Virus record (IMG/VR): IMGVR_UViG_3300037484_000165
Coordinates: 1 to 48,879 of that record
Length of the DNA: 48,879 nucleotides
Direction: 5' to 3' (one strand)
Source: a virus
Taxonomy: Duplodnaviria > Caudoviricetes
Positions 1-8,423 of the stretch are shown in pieces (the stretch's first letter is position 1; each line of letters opens with the position of its first letter). The notes beneath the pieces were generated by a model. The model was given only the letters and a program-made list of their open reading frames with translations, was not told the DNA's origin and did not search any database. Both the position numbers and the translations under genes were made by a program.

Positions 1-574
1 ATAAGCTTCCTCACGCACTGTCAAACGTGAAACACGCGGGTCGGTGTACTTGACGCCGGTCAGCGTCAGGCGGTAGAGATTCTCGCAGAAGTGGTCGTTT
101 TCCTTCTTCGGATTGCCGTCCTCGTCGTAGTTCCACCGCTGCATTTCCCAGACCGTTCCTTCGTTCGGGATCTTGTTCACGAGCGACCGGAAGAAAAAAA
201 GCGATGGACGGCCGTTGACGCCCGAAAGCATCTTCTCGACGTTTTTGATGCCCGATCCCTTGTCCTTGCTCGCTGTCTCCAGCCTGATGCCTGCCCCTCG
301 CAGCCGTGTCTCGATCGTCGTGTAAGAATCGTCGATCTGGATCCCCATGCGCTTGCTATACTGGGTGTCGCCCTTGCTCAATGGGTCGATGAAAGCCCGC
401 TCAATGCGCCAGCAGTCGTCGCTTTTCGTCTTACGGATGATCCGATCGGCCACTTCCTCGGCCGATTCGTTGACCCATGTTTCGTCGACCAGATACCACA
501 TGCCGTGAGGATCGACGGCGTAGTAGCTCACGGCGTGGGGCTTGTTCGTGTGCCAATCGATCATGGCGACTACA
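1..574. repeat. Terminal direct repeat, left copy (circular assembly overlap)
   Basis: 1-574 aligns to 48306-48879 (offset 48305); mismatches seen only at positions 4, 10, 11, 13, 17, 43 and 55. Confidence 0.97.
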
Positions 575-1440
575 GGCCAGTCCAGAGGGACCGCAAACGG
601 GTCGATGACGTGGACGTTGGTCCGGAATCCCTTCCAGATCAGGCCGACCAGGTTGAGCCACCCGCCGTAGAGACGGGCCACCTTCTCGTCTTCGAGCAGC
701 TTCGAGGCGTAAATCCTGATCGCATCTTCGCCCAGCGTCGGGTTGTCCGTCATGGGGACGTCGGTCACGCACGAGAAACTCGGATCTGTATTCCTGACAA
801 TCTCATCCAGGATCCACGACTCCCGCACGGCCGTCATGGTCATGAGGAAAACCCCGTTGCGGCTGATCAGCCCCCGGCTGTTGGCAACATACTTGTCATG
901 GCTCGTCGGCTCATCGGCCCATACAAGATCGCCCTTCCAGCTTTCATGCAGTTTCGTATCCTGGGCGTTGGTCATGATCTCGATCGTGCTGCCGTTTTTG
1001 AACTGCCAGAAAGCTTCTGTGCCGATGTTGTTCTTTTTGATCGTGTACTGGCCCACGGGCAACCACTTCTTCAACTCCGGGATGATCACCTTGTCGGCGT
1101 GGTGCTCGTAATCCTCGCAGACGATCCTGACAGATATCGGCTTGTCCCCGAAAATCGTAGGCCTTTTGTCCCACGGCTGAATCCCGAGACACGCCGCGCC
1201 GGTGAATACCGCGCCGAACACCGTCTTCCCGATCTGATTCGCCCCCTGCAGCAAAACCGTCTTCTTCCCGGCATTAAGATATTCAAGGGCTTTCGCCTGA
1301 TGCGGAAACGGCTCGAAAAACTCGATCAGGTGCGTCTCGCGGTAAAGTTGCTTCTCAGCCTCGAACATGGAAATCTTCAGCTTTTCCTGTGAAAGCATCT
1401 GCTCCAACTCTTCGAGGCTCAAACTCTTCAGATCGATCAA
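1..1440 (-). CDS. terL: Terminase large subunit (~491 aa across the junction; missing from the ORF track because it runs off the edge)
   Basis: Manual translation from TTG at 1440 (TTGA overlap with the terS stop): MIDLKSLSLEELEQ... with Walker A GANQIGKT, Walker B LVWADE and RNase H-like nuclease motifs (MIDWH...KENDHFCENLYR). Open to position 1 and continues into the frame ending at 48270. Confidence 0.93.
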   Translation of the reverse strand, partial: MIDLKSLSLEELEQMLSQEKLKISMFEAEKQLYRETHLIEFFEPFPHQAKALEYLNAGKKTVLLQGANQIGKTVFGAVFTGAACLGIQPWDKRPTIFGDKPISVRIVCEDYEHHADKVIIPELKKWLPVGQYTIKKNNIGTEAFWQFKNGSTIEIMTNAQDTKLHESWKGDLVWADEPTSHDKYVANSRGLISRNGVFLMTMTAVRESWILDEIVRNTDPSFSCVTDVPMTDNPTLGEDAIRIYASKLLEDEKVARLYGGWLNLVGLIWKGFRTNVHVIDPFAVPLDWPVVAMIDWHTNKPHAVSYYAVDPHGMWYLVDETWVNESAEEVADRIIRKTKSDDCWRIERAFIDPLSKGDTQYSKRMGIQIDDSYTTIETRLRGAGIRLETASKDKGSGIKNVEKMLSGVNGRPSLFFFRSLVNKIPNEGTVWEMQRWNYDEDGNPKKENDHFCENLYRLTLTGVKYTDPRVSRLTVREEAY

Positions 1441-1913
1441 GGATTCAACGCCTTCCGTGAGGCAATCTCCGCCTCGATGGCCGACAACTTATCCGCCGAC
1501 TCCCCTTCTTCCCTCAGAATATGGGCATAGGTGCTGATGTTCGCCGTCGACTGCCCACGTTCCAACCTCTCCTTGTCGTACAGGATTCCGAACATCACCG
1601 ACAACTCCCTCACGCCTGCCTTCTTCAACTTCTCCGGACCCAGGTTCTCCAACACTTGAAACTGATGACTCGCCAGGATGTCGGCACGCTTCTCCTTGAA
1701 CTTCTCCACCACATCCGATTCCAGCGTCATCCCGAGCGCATTCAGCCTGATTTTGACGTTGGCGGCGGTACACCCAAGTATCTTCCCGATCTGAACGTAG
1801 GACAGTCCCTTCTCACGCAGAACGATCAACTTGTCCAACGGAATCATCTGATCGGCGCGGGGCCGCCCTATGTGACGCGGAGTTTCAGGCTTGCGTGTCG
1901 AATATCGGGCCAT
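1437..1913 (-). CDS. terS: Probable terminase small subunit (N-terminal HTH)
   Basis: Directly upstream of and coupled to terL; HTH LREKGLSYVQIGKILGCTAANV; C-terminal GILYDKERLERGQSTANIS. ATG 1913 preferred over the 2027 start. Confidence 0.75.
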   Translation of the reverse strand: MARYSTRKPETPRHIGRPRADQMIPLDKLIVLREKGLSYVQIGKILGCTAANVKIRLNALGMTLESDVVEKFKEKRADILASHQFQVLENLGPEKLKKAGVRELSVMFGILYDKERLERGQSTANISTYAHILREEGESADKLSAIEAEIASRKALNP

Positions 1914-2295
1914 TGGAATTCTGTAGATACAGGGGGAACCGTGAAAAGTGAGGCCGCCGGCCTCTAAATGCCCCCTCCCCCCTCTCCGGAATAGTGGTTC
2001 CTGATCAATCCTACGTTCACGGAACATGCCTTATTCTGATAATACCCTATTATGTCACCTTCTAATGTACCTGCAATCACTGGTATCATTGCATTTAGCC
2101 TACATTCATGATTCTAATGTTCTGGTTGTGGTGTTTTTGAGTGTCACAATCGGTCCCTAGAGACCACAAGGCAGGATCAGCCTGATATCCCAGCTCTGGA
2201 GCCGGGTGCCCGTAACTGTTGGCGTTTCCGGATCCCACAATATAATAGGAACGGTTGTTTATCAATTCATCACCCTGCTTGCCGGCAAGCACCAC

Positions 2296-2607
2296 CTAAC
2301 CTCTCCTCTGCCTGAACCCTGCCGGCACTGAGTGACCGATCCTTGATCGCCGGCCCAACTCCTCGGCGCACCTCTTAACGGTGTTTAGATTGTTCGAGGT
2401 GTGGCGGATATACCTGAGATAGTCATCGGGCACACTGACGATCTGCTTACCTTTATACAGACCGAATGGGAAGCGCCAGGCGTAGGCGGAAACGTCGATG
2501 TCCTGGCGGATGGAGCGATTTACCGATGCCGGGCTGGGTTTTGTTGGGTGAACGGGAAATCTTGGATTATCCACTTGCGGACTCCCGGCATTCTTACCTG
2601 GGGACAC
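2296..2607 (-). CDS. DUF3820/QSregVF_b-like small protein
   Basis: Motif FPFGLYKGKQIVSVPDDYLRYI; start uncertain. Confidence 0.7.
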   Translation of the reverse strand: MSPGKNAGSPQVDNPRFPVHPTKPSPASVNRSIRQDIDVSAYAWRFPFGLYKGKQIVSVPDDYLRYIRHTSNNLNTVKRCAEELGRRSRIGHSVPAGFRQRRG

Positions 2608-2708
2608 TCCATCTCATCATCACTGCCGGGCTTCGGGATTATTAAGGGTTAGATCGCACATTCAAGTCAAGCGGAATCTATCAGTTGCCTGAAAATAGTT
2701 TCCAGAAG

Positions 2709-2746
2709 TGTCCAAATCTGGGTAAATATGTCCAAATCTGGGTAAA
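2709..2746. repeat. Tandem 18-bp direct repeat (period 20), imperfect palindrome
   Basis: TGTCCAAATCTGGGTAAA at 2709-2726 and 2729-2746 in an AT-rich divergent intergenic region. Confidence 0.85.
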
Positions 2747-2767
2747 AACGTACAATTCCATCTACTA

Positions 2768-2883
2768 TGTAAATCGGGCCTTACACTTTCCCATTTCCGC
2801 ACAGTTTTTGCCTTACACTCACATCTATTGTATCCATTGCATTTGCAGCACACTTTAAAATCGAGTGTAAGGCAGGGTTTACA
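2768..2883. promoter_or_regulatory. Two TGTAA-N8-TTACA palindromic boxes (TyrR-like activator sites) plus a half site
   Basis: TGTAAATCGGGCCTTACA at 2768-2785; TGTAAGGCAGGGTTTACA at 2866-2883; half site GCCTTACA at 2810-2817. Confidence 0.65.
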
Positions 2884-2944
2884 ATTGGCTACTGGACAAA
2901 CATATCCGATTGTTGCAATCATTGTAGTTATTTGTAAGCGCTCA

Positions 2945-2961
2945 TTGGCACGGTAAGTGCT
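2945..2961 (+). promoter_or_regulatory. Sigma-54 (-24/-12) promoter
   Basis: TTGGCACGGTAAGTGCT: GG at 2947-48, 10 nt, GC at 2959-60; followed by an AGGAGG RBS and ATG 2987. Confidence 0.75.
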
Positions 2962-2986
2962 TATAGAAGGGCAGGAGGAAACGGAC

Positions 2987-3157
2987 ATGAAATCAAAGAA
3001 ATACATCCTTAGGAACCAGTTGGGGCAATTCTGGACTGGTTACGGGTGGTCTAGTGAATATCCTGACGCTCTCATATTCACCCGCAAAGAATTGCGTGCC
3101 GCAGAGGACAAGGCATCACTGCGGGCAGTTCGTCTCATCATCGAATCGGTAGAGTAG
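2987..3157 (+). CDS. Small hypothetical early protein
   Basis: Strong RBS AGGAGG; MKSKKYILRNQLGQFWTGYGW. Confidence 0.75.
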   Translation: MKSKKYILRNQLGQFWTGYGWSSEYPDALIFTRKELRAAEDKASLRAVRLIIESVE

Positions 3158-3229
3158 CCTGATCCCTCATCCTTGCCCCATGCGTGGGGCTGGGAATGTT
3201 GGATGCGGGCTAACCCTAAGAGGTAAGTC

Positions 3230-3754
3230 ATGAGAGACGAGACTTTAATCACGGCAATACAGGACATCGGCGGAATCAGCCGGAAGCGTATCGACCGCTC
3301 CGGCCTACTGTCCGAATGGCTGGAGCTGCCCGGCGCCGTCCGGTCGCAAGTCTTCAGGACGTCCAGCACACAGGATCCTGACGAAGTGGCGGCGCAGCTC
3401 CGGGAAGCCGGATACCCCGGAATCACAGATGGCGACTGCCTACTCCAATGGCTGCTTGATCCGAGACGGCGCGTGCTTACCAGCAAGGATGCCGGTCTCG
3501 TCAAGGAGTACGAAGCGGAAATCGAGCGTCTCAGGCGCGAAGTCGAGGAGTTGCGCTCAAAGCTGGAAAAGTACGAAGGCACGGATTTCGAGATAGATAA
3601 GCTGGACGATGAAACCGATTTCCATAAAACGATGGCGAGCGCCGGCGGAAAGGCAAGGGCCAGACGCCTGACGGCCGAGCAAAGATCAGCGATTGCCCGC
3701 AAAGCGGCAGAGGCGCGTTACAACAAACCGGCAACACAGGAGTTATGTGCATGA
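3230..3754 (+). CDS. Hypothetical protein with coiled coil and basic C-terminal GGK motif
   Basis: RBS GAGGT; C-terminal MASAGGKARARRLTAEQRSAIARKAAEARY; coupled to the next gene by ATGA. Confidence 0.8.
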   Translation: MRDETLITAIQDIGGISRKRIDRSGLLSEWLELPGAVRSQVFRTSSTQDPDEVAAQLREAGYPGITDGDCLLQWLLDPRRRVLTSKDAGLVKEYEAEIERLRREVEELRSKLEKYEGTDFEIDKLDDETDFHKTMASAGGKARARRLTAEQRSAIARKAAEARYNKPATQELCA

Positions 3755-3945
3755 AAACCATTGAAGAACTACACGAAGAAATGATCGAGGCGCAGACCCG
3801 GCAGCGCCGGGCGATCGGGCAGATGATCGCAGAGAAGATCATGCAAGCGCCCGACTGCCGGACATCCAAACGTGAACTGCTCGGGCTGAACAAAAAGCAC
3901 AAGACCACAGAGCTGCCCTTATTCGAGCCCAAAACGCTTTTCTAG
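3751..3945 (+). CDS. Hypothetical protein
   Basis: ATGA overlap with the upstream gene; RBS AGGAG. Confidence 0.7.
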   Translation: MKTIEELHEEMIEAQTRQRRAIGQMIAEKIMQAPDCRTSKRELLGLNKKHKTTELPLFEPKTLF

Positions 3946-3996
3946 CTATCCCGGAATCCCGGGAAATGGCGGCACTCAGGCCGCGAGGAGGAAATC

Positions 3997-4185
3997 ATGC
4001 GAATCGTCAAAGTCACGGTAGTCCAATTCGACAAAGCCATTGCTAGGTACGAAATCCCGGAGATGTGGCTTGTGGGCGCTTGCTACACTCGGGAACACGA
4101 CGGCATGGACCCGAAGCAGGCGCTTGCATCGGCCATCCAGCACTATCACGAGCAGGAGCTGATGGCACAGGAGGCGCAATCATGA
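3997..4185 (+). CDS. Hypothetical protein
   Basis: RBS GAGGAGG; coupled to the next gene. Confidence 0.7.
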   Translation: MRIVKVTVVQFDKAIARYEIPEMWLVGACYTREHDGMDPKQALASAIQHYHEQELMAQEAQS

Positions 4186-4346
4186 AATGCCCCCACTGCG
4201 GACAGGAAATCGACGACTTGACCGTCGCGCACCACATGGCGTCACGGGGCGGGAAGTCAACATCAGAAGCCAAGCGCGCAGCTACCCGGCGCAACATCGA
4301 GGTTGCGCGGGAGGCGCAGAAACGGCAGAGGGAGGAAACGAAATGA
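4182..4346 (+). CDS. Small CxxC/basic protein
   Basis: MKCPHCGQEID...SRGGKSTSEAKRAATRRN; RBS AGGAGG; ATGA overlaps. Confidence 0.75.
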   Translation: MKCPHCGQEIDDLTVAHHMASRGGKSTSEAKRAATRRNIEVAREAQKRQREETK

Positions 4347-4648
4347 GCCACACACTGGGACCGTGGCGCATACGCCACAATGGAACGCACGACGGAGACC
4401 GCACAATCACCAGCGCCACAAGAGATATTGTCCGCCTCGATGGCGGTATCAATGATGATTCCGAGACCTGCGCCAACGCTCGCCTGATCGCAGCTGCGCC
4501 GGAGCTATTGGAGGCGTGCAAAAATGTAGTGTGGAAATTGTCTCATGGAGGAGATAAGGGCAAAGGCTTTGAGATGAACACAATCGACCTGAAAGATGCA
4601 GTTGTCAGACTATGCGAGACAGCCATCGCAAAAGCCGAAGGCAAGTAA
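4343..4648 (+). CDS. Conserved phage hypothetical protein
   Basis: Common phage motifs MSHTxGPW and ANARLIAAAPELLEAC. Confidence 0.85.
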   Translation: MSHTLGPWRIRHNGTHDGDRTITSATRDIVRLDGGINDDSETCANARLIAAAPELLEACKNVVWKLSHGGDKGKGFEMNTIDLKDAVVRLCETAIAKAEGK

Positions 4649-4679
4649 CCGCACCACACCCCGCATCACAGCCGCATAC

Positions 4680-4699
4680 GGGGCGGTGAAAGCCGCCCC
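4680..4699. terminator. GC hairpin at the convergent gene ends
   Basis: GGGGCGG-TGAAAG-CCGCCCC between the stops of the rightward and leftward operons; no clear U-tract. Confidence 0.4.
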
Positions 4700-4905
4700 T
4701 ATCCTTCGCATGTATCTCTCATCGCGCACTTGGCGCACTCGGTCCCGATCAGCCGGCAGACTTCCGACCGCGGAATCCGCTTCCTACCGCGGAATGGCAC
4801 GGTATGGATCTCCCGAGCCCTGATCATGGCATAGACCGTTGACCGGCTAATGCCGAGCGTGCTGCTGGTTTCGCTGATGGTGTACAAGCGCTGAGTCATA
4901 GGCAT
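4699..4905 (-). CDS. Excisionase-like HTH_17 DNA-binding protein
   Basis: LYTISETSSTLGISRSTVYAMIRAREIHTVPFRGRKRIPRSEV; start uncertain (4899, 4905 or 4980). Confidence 0.8.
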   Translation of the reverse strand: MPMTQRLYTISETSSTLGISRSTVYAMIRAREIHTVPFRGRKRIPRSEVCRLIGTECAKCAMRDTCEG

Positions 4906-5079
4906 CCAGGTTGATCGCGGGAGCCTGCAAGCATTCTGAAGGCTCAGGCCCCCGCTTCTGCCCGACGTGGGCAAGGTCAATCCGTTTCCTTCGGTTCCAG
5001 CATGTCAAGCCAGTCCTGCACGTTGGCGGGATTACCGCCGGCCGCCAGGTATGCGGTCACGAATGCCCTGCGATCCTGG

Positions 5080-5952
5080 TCACTCATGCCCGGAGCGGGC
5101 CTCCATGGCTTGGACGATCTCCCGTTCAGTTGCCGTCCACTGCTCTGGGGGTTTGAGGCGGATTTCGGCGGCCCGCCCTTCCCATCCACCTGATTCGGCA
5201 TTGTTGGCTCCTACGGTGTCGGGTTTGTAGACAAGTTGTTTTCGTGGCATTGGCGGCGGATCGTCTTCCCATCTCCTCTGATTCAGCCATGTAGCCGCAT
5301 GAGGGATCGTGTTTTTGTCCTGCCATTGAACCGACTGGGCCGCCTCAGTCAGCCAGGGAATCCAAGACTCGACTAGCTCTCGCGTAGCCTTGAGGCGAAG
5401 GAATGTCTTGAATGCGTGCTTCTTCGCCTCGTGCCTCGGGTAGTACTGCCAGAAAAGCGCAAACAGCGCCGACTGTTCGTTCCCGTTGTCCCACTGGGGG
5501 ACTACAGGGGGAGTATTAGAAGATGCAATAGAAGATGAAGAAGAAGAGTTGCCTATTGGTACCACCACCCTTGGTACGGTGCTTGTACCACCCTGTTGAG
5601 GGTCCAGGCCTTTTCTATGCTTGCGCTTGTGGGCGGATCTCTTACCACCTAGCGCACTTTTCTTCCTCCATTCCTCTTGTTTTGCGCGTTCGACTTCGAG
5701 CCGCGGATGAAGCAAACGTGTTGTATCTGCGGAAGGGTGGTTGAAGCACCCTGTTACCAGTTCGGACGGGACTACACCCTTGCATAATCGGGCCAGCAGT
5801 TGAGGGTCGGACGGGATACTGCCCTCGCGCCAGCAGAACGAAATCAGCCGGCAATAGCAGCCCTCTTCTTCCATCGTCATCAATTGCACATTTTCGTCTG
5901 CTAGGTACTCTGCGGCATACCACTGGAACGCTGGGGATTGTTCCTTCGACAT
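5080..5952 (-). CDS. Replication initiator-like protein (DUF1376/YdaU N-terminus)
   Basis: PAFQWYAAEYLADENVQLMTMEEEGCYCRL; Ser-rich linker; FWQYYPRH...IPHAATWLNQRRWED C-terminal domain. Confidence 0.85.
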   Translation of the reverse strand: MSKEQSPAFQWYAAEYLADENVQLMTMEEEGCYCRLISFCWREGSIPSDPQLLARLCKGVVPSELVTGCFNHPSADTTRLLHPRLEVERAKQEEWRKKSALGGKRSAHKRKHRKGLDPQQGGTSTVPRVVVPIGNSSSSSSIASSNTPPVVPQWDNGNEQSALFALFWQYYPRHEAKKHAFKTFLRLKATRELVESWIPWLTEAAQSVQWQDKNTIPHAATWLNQRRWEDDPPPMPRKQLVYKPDTVGANNAESGGWEGRAAEIRLKPPEQWTATEREIVQAMEARSGHE

Positions 5953-6039
5953 GAACCCTCTGCCTTATGAACCTGATTTCCCCGGTTGAGGCCGGGTTAC
6001 TGCTTGCTGCACCTGTCGAAATGAGCCGTGAAGCTCGGG

Positions 6040-6261
6040 TCAAATATCGGGTGAGGGCGACAGAACAATCCACGCGCAACCGTTGTTCTGCTGCCTGAGT
6101 GACCATGCCTCAAATTTCTTATTGTCCACAATGGCGCGTTGTAATTGGTCCTTCGTCCATTCGACGTGCGGACAACCGACTTCGTGCCACCAATCCGTTG
6201 GGTGGAAACGGCAATTCCACATTGGTTCCTCGGCGTCAATAGCCTTTCTTATTTCGTCCAC
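6040..6261 (-). CDS. Hypothetical protein
   Basis: ORF with G-rich RBS in the leftward operon. Confidence 0.55.
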   Translation of the reverse strand: MDEIRKAIDAEEPMWNCRFHPTDWWHEVGCPHVEWTKDQLQRAIVDNKKFEAWSLRQQNNGCAWIVLSPSPDI

Positions 6262-6442
6262 ATTCCCCCCGTCAAATTTGTACCCTCACTCATCCTTCGA
6301 TAGGCGGTTTTATCGGGACACGCGTCCCGCAAACATCGGCAACCACACCGTCTCTACGACCGTCCGCACGTCTGCCGTGCGCAGCCGCAGGAGTTTCGCA
6401 ATCTCTGCCGGCGTGAAGCCGTCGTCGAGCAGGCGGAGGATT

Positions 6443-7018
6443 CTAGACGTGCTTCCAGTTATGGCCCCGGAGGACGTGGTAGACGGCGCCCGTACTGACG
6501 CCGATCTCTTGCGCGATATGTTTGACTTTGATGCCATTTGCTTTCATCTCCCTGATGAGACGGACTTTTGAGGGGTTTAGTTTAGCGTTCCAGCGGTTCT
6601 CTCCGCGGTGGCCGCGAGCTACGGAATGCTGAATGTTGTGGGCTGAGGTGACATATCGGAGGTTGCTGGGGCGATTGTTGCCTCGGTTGGAGTCTTTGTG
6701 GTCGATTTCCATCCCAGGAGGACATGGGCCGAGGAAAGCATTGGCCACGAGCTTGTGCCAGGAAAAGCACTTAGACTGCTTGCGTCCTCCTGGAACCCTA
6801 CGGCTTAGGGTGATGATCTTGTAGCCGAGTCGTAAGACTCCGCCCTTGAGTTCATCACGGGACTTCCAGTTGAATTGACCGTCCCGGATGTGCCTGATGC
6901 GCCCGAGGGAACTGACTTCATAGGGCCAGTCCGGAATCTTCTTCCAGCATTCCGTTGTGCTGTACGTGCGCTGATCTTGCGGAGTTTCCTGAATATCAAT
7001 TATCAGAAGTTGTTCCAT
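6443..7018 (-). CDS. NUMOD4-HNH homing endonuclease
   Basis: ECWKKIPDWPYEVSSLGRIR; HKLVANAFLG...IDHKDSNRGNNRPSNLRYVT; C-terminal HTH. Confidence 0.92.
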   Translation of the reverse strand: MEQLLIIDIQETPQDQRTYSTTECWKKIPDWPYEVSSLGRIRHIRDGQFNWKSRDELKGGVLRLGYKIITLSRRVPGGRKQSKCFSWHKLVANAFLGPCPPGMEIDHKDSNRGNNRPSNLRYVTSAHNIQHSVARGHRGENRWNAKLNPSKVRLIREMKANGIKVKHIAQEIGVSTGAVYHVLRGHNWKHV

Positions 7019-7029
7019 TATCGGACACC

Positions 7030-7254
7030 TCAGAAATCGAAATGCCTTTTCGGATTCTGAATTATCGGGACGACCGGTTTCCCGGTCACTTCCGGGTAGA
7101 GCTTGCGCACGGCCAACTCAATGACGTTGCTGTGGTTTACGCCGAGTTCCATTGCGATTTCGTGCATCAAGGTCCAGCATTTGTTTGAGATGTAAAAGTT
7201 TCTCCTGGCTTTGCCGAGATAATTGCCCTCGCCCTGATGTTTCATCTCCGCCAA
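7030..7254 (-). CDS. Small putative DNA-binding (RHH-like) protein
   Basis: RRNFYIS...LMHEIAMELGVNHSNVIELAVRKL. Confidence 0.6.
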   Translation of the reverse strand: MAEMKHQGEGNYLGKARRNFYISNKCWTLMHEIAMELGVNHSNVIELAVRKLYPEVTGKPVVPIIQNPKRHFDF

Positions 7255-7311
7255 CAGTCACCTCCATTACGCACGCCCTACGTACTCCGTGCGTCTGCGT
7301 GTGAAAACCGC

Positions 7312-7671
7312 TCACCTTCGAAACTCCTTCACGTTGCTTTCGTCGGCATCCATCTCGAACAACTCCCTCATTGCCTTGCGCCCCTTGCGCGTCCTGGCCG
7401 CATTGCGCGCGTGAAATCGGGCGTCGTAAGTCAAATGGCATCTCTGGCACATCGCCCGCAGATTGCTATCGGCGCAGTTACCCGGGTCATTATCCAGGTG
7501 CGCGACAGTCAGCACCACGCGGCTCCCGGTGACCGGATGCGACCCGTGATCTTCGGCACGGCAGTCGGGATAGAGTGGACTTCCCTCGCAGCAATTGCCG
7601 GCGCGGTCCAGGATGCGACGTCTGATCCGTTTCCAGTCCGGAGGATAGAGGGAGGCGTCTTTGATTGGCAT
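7312..7671 (-). CDS. HNH-like nuclease-family protein
   Basis: YPPDWKRIRRRILDRAGNCCE...VLTVAHLDNDPGNCADSNLRAMCQRCHLTYD. Confidence 0.85.
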   Translation of the reverse strand: MPIKDASLYPPDWKRIRRRILDRAGNCCEGSPLYPDCRAEDHGSHPVTGSRVVLTVAHLDNDPGNCADSNLRAMCQRCHLTYDARFHARNAARTRKGRKAMRELFEMDADESNVKEFRR

Positions 7672-7690
7672 TAGAATTGCCCCTCATCCT

Positions 7691-7888
7691 CTATCGCCCA
7701 CAAATCGAATTTCTGCTGATCTTCCATCGAAGCCTCCACAAATAAGTCACCCCAAACGCGACAGCCGCCCCGATCGCAAACCCAAGCAACCCGCGCTCCC
7801 ATTCCACCACGCGCATCGTGCGCAGCAGCTCCTGCACGTGCGAGAGGCGGTAGACATCTCGGTTGAGGGCGATTAGGGCGGGGGTCAT
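7691..7888 (-). CDS. Small membrane protein
   Basis: Hydrophobic stretch GLLGFAIGAAVAFGVTYLW; ATGA coupling. Confidence 0.6.
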   Translation of the reverse strand: MTPALIALNRDVYRLSHVQELLRTMRVVEWERGLLGFAIGAAVAFGVTYLWRLRWKISRNSICGR

Positions 7889-8115
7889 TTCGGCTCTCGA
7901 CTTTCTAAGCGGACGGTCCCCAAAAATTCTCGTGGTTGGCACATCGCCATGCAGAGCCAACACCAAACGCCTCGCCTCACATAATCACCGTATATGCATG
8001 ATGCTCTCGCCTTGGACACCCGGAAAAACGAGGTTGATAATGCTGCCGAATGGCCACATTCCAATGTGACAGCCAAGGCCCGAAAAAATGTTCTGTGCCC
8101 TGTGGTGTCGCTCAT
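7885..8115 (-). CDS. Small Cys-rich hypothetical protein
   Basis: LECGH...CWLC; overlaps neighbours by 4 nt at both ends. Confidence 0.6.
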   Translation of the reverse strand: MSDTTGHRTFFRALAVTLECGHSAALSTSFFRVSKARASCIYGDYVRRGVWCWLCMAMCQPREFLGTVRLESREPK

Positions 8116-8423
8116 CTCTCCCCCTCAATCGCCCGATGCAGCCGCCTAAGCGCGGCCTGCAAGTATCCTTCCGGTGCCGTCCGCGCCTGAAACCACAGCC
8201 CCGCGTCCTCGGCCTGCTCGTTGACTACGGCTTGGATTGCGGCGGGGTGAGCGGCGGATTCGATGCACTGCGGGCAGCGTTGACTGTCGGTGATGACGGT
8301 GCGGAACTGGTCGCACCACCCGAGATGATCATGCGTCATGATCGCCGTGTATAGTGACCAGTACTGGCAGGCTCCGCACTTCTCCCCGTCCGTGTCGATG
8401 GTGAGCGTGATGGTGGTTTTCAT
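8112..8423 (-). CDS. Hypothetical protein
   Basis: MKTTITLTIDTDGEKCGACQYW...QAEDAGLWFQARTAPEGYLQAALRRLH. Confidence 0.7.
   Translation of the reverse strand: MKTTITLTIDTDGEKCGACQYWSLYTAIMTHDHLGWCDQFRTVITDSQRCPQCIESAAHPAAIQAVVNEQAEDAGLWFQARTAPEGYLQAALRRLHRAIEGER

Noticed and set aside
1-574. Biological fixed terminal repeat or terL duplication
   Set aside because: The repeat falls mid-gene and is best explained as circular assembly overlap; packaging ends cannot be inferred from it.
91-1392. 433-aa plus-strand ORF and similar long antisense ORFs (e.g. 12855-14006, 23913-25130, 44724-45935)
   Set aside because: Shadows of real minus-strand genes in GC-rich DNA; no motifs, and they lie opposite terL and other recognisable genes.
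2662-3006. 114-aa minus-strand ORF
   Set aside because: Spans the AT-rich regulatory region and overlaps a gene with a strong RBS; not protein-like.
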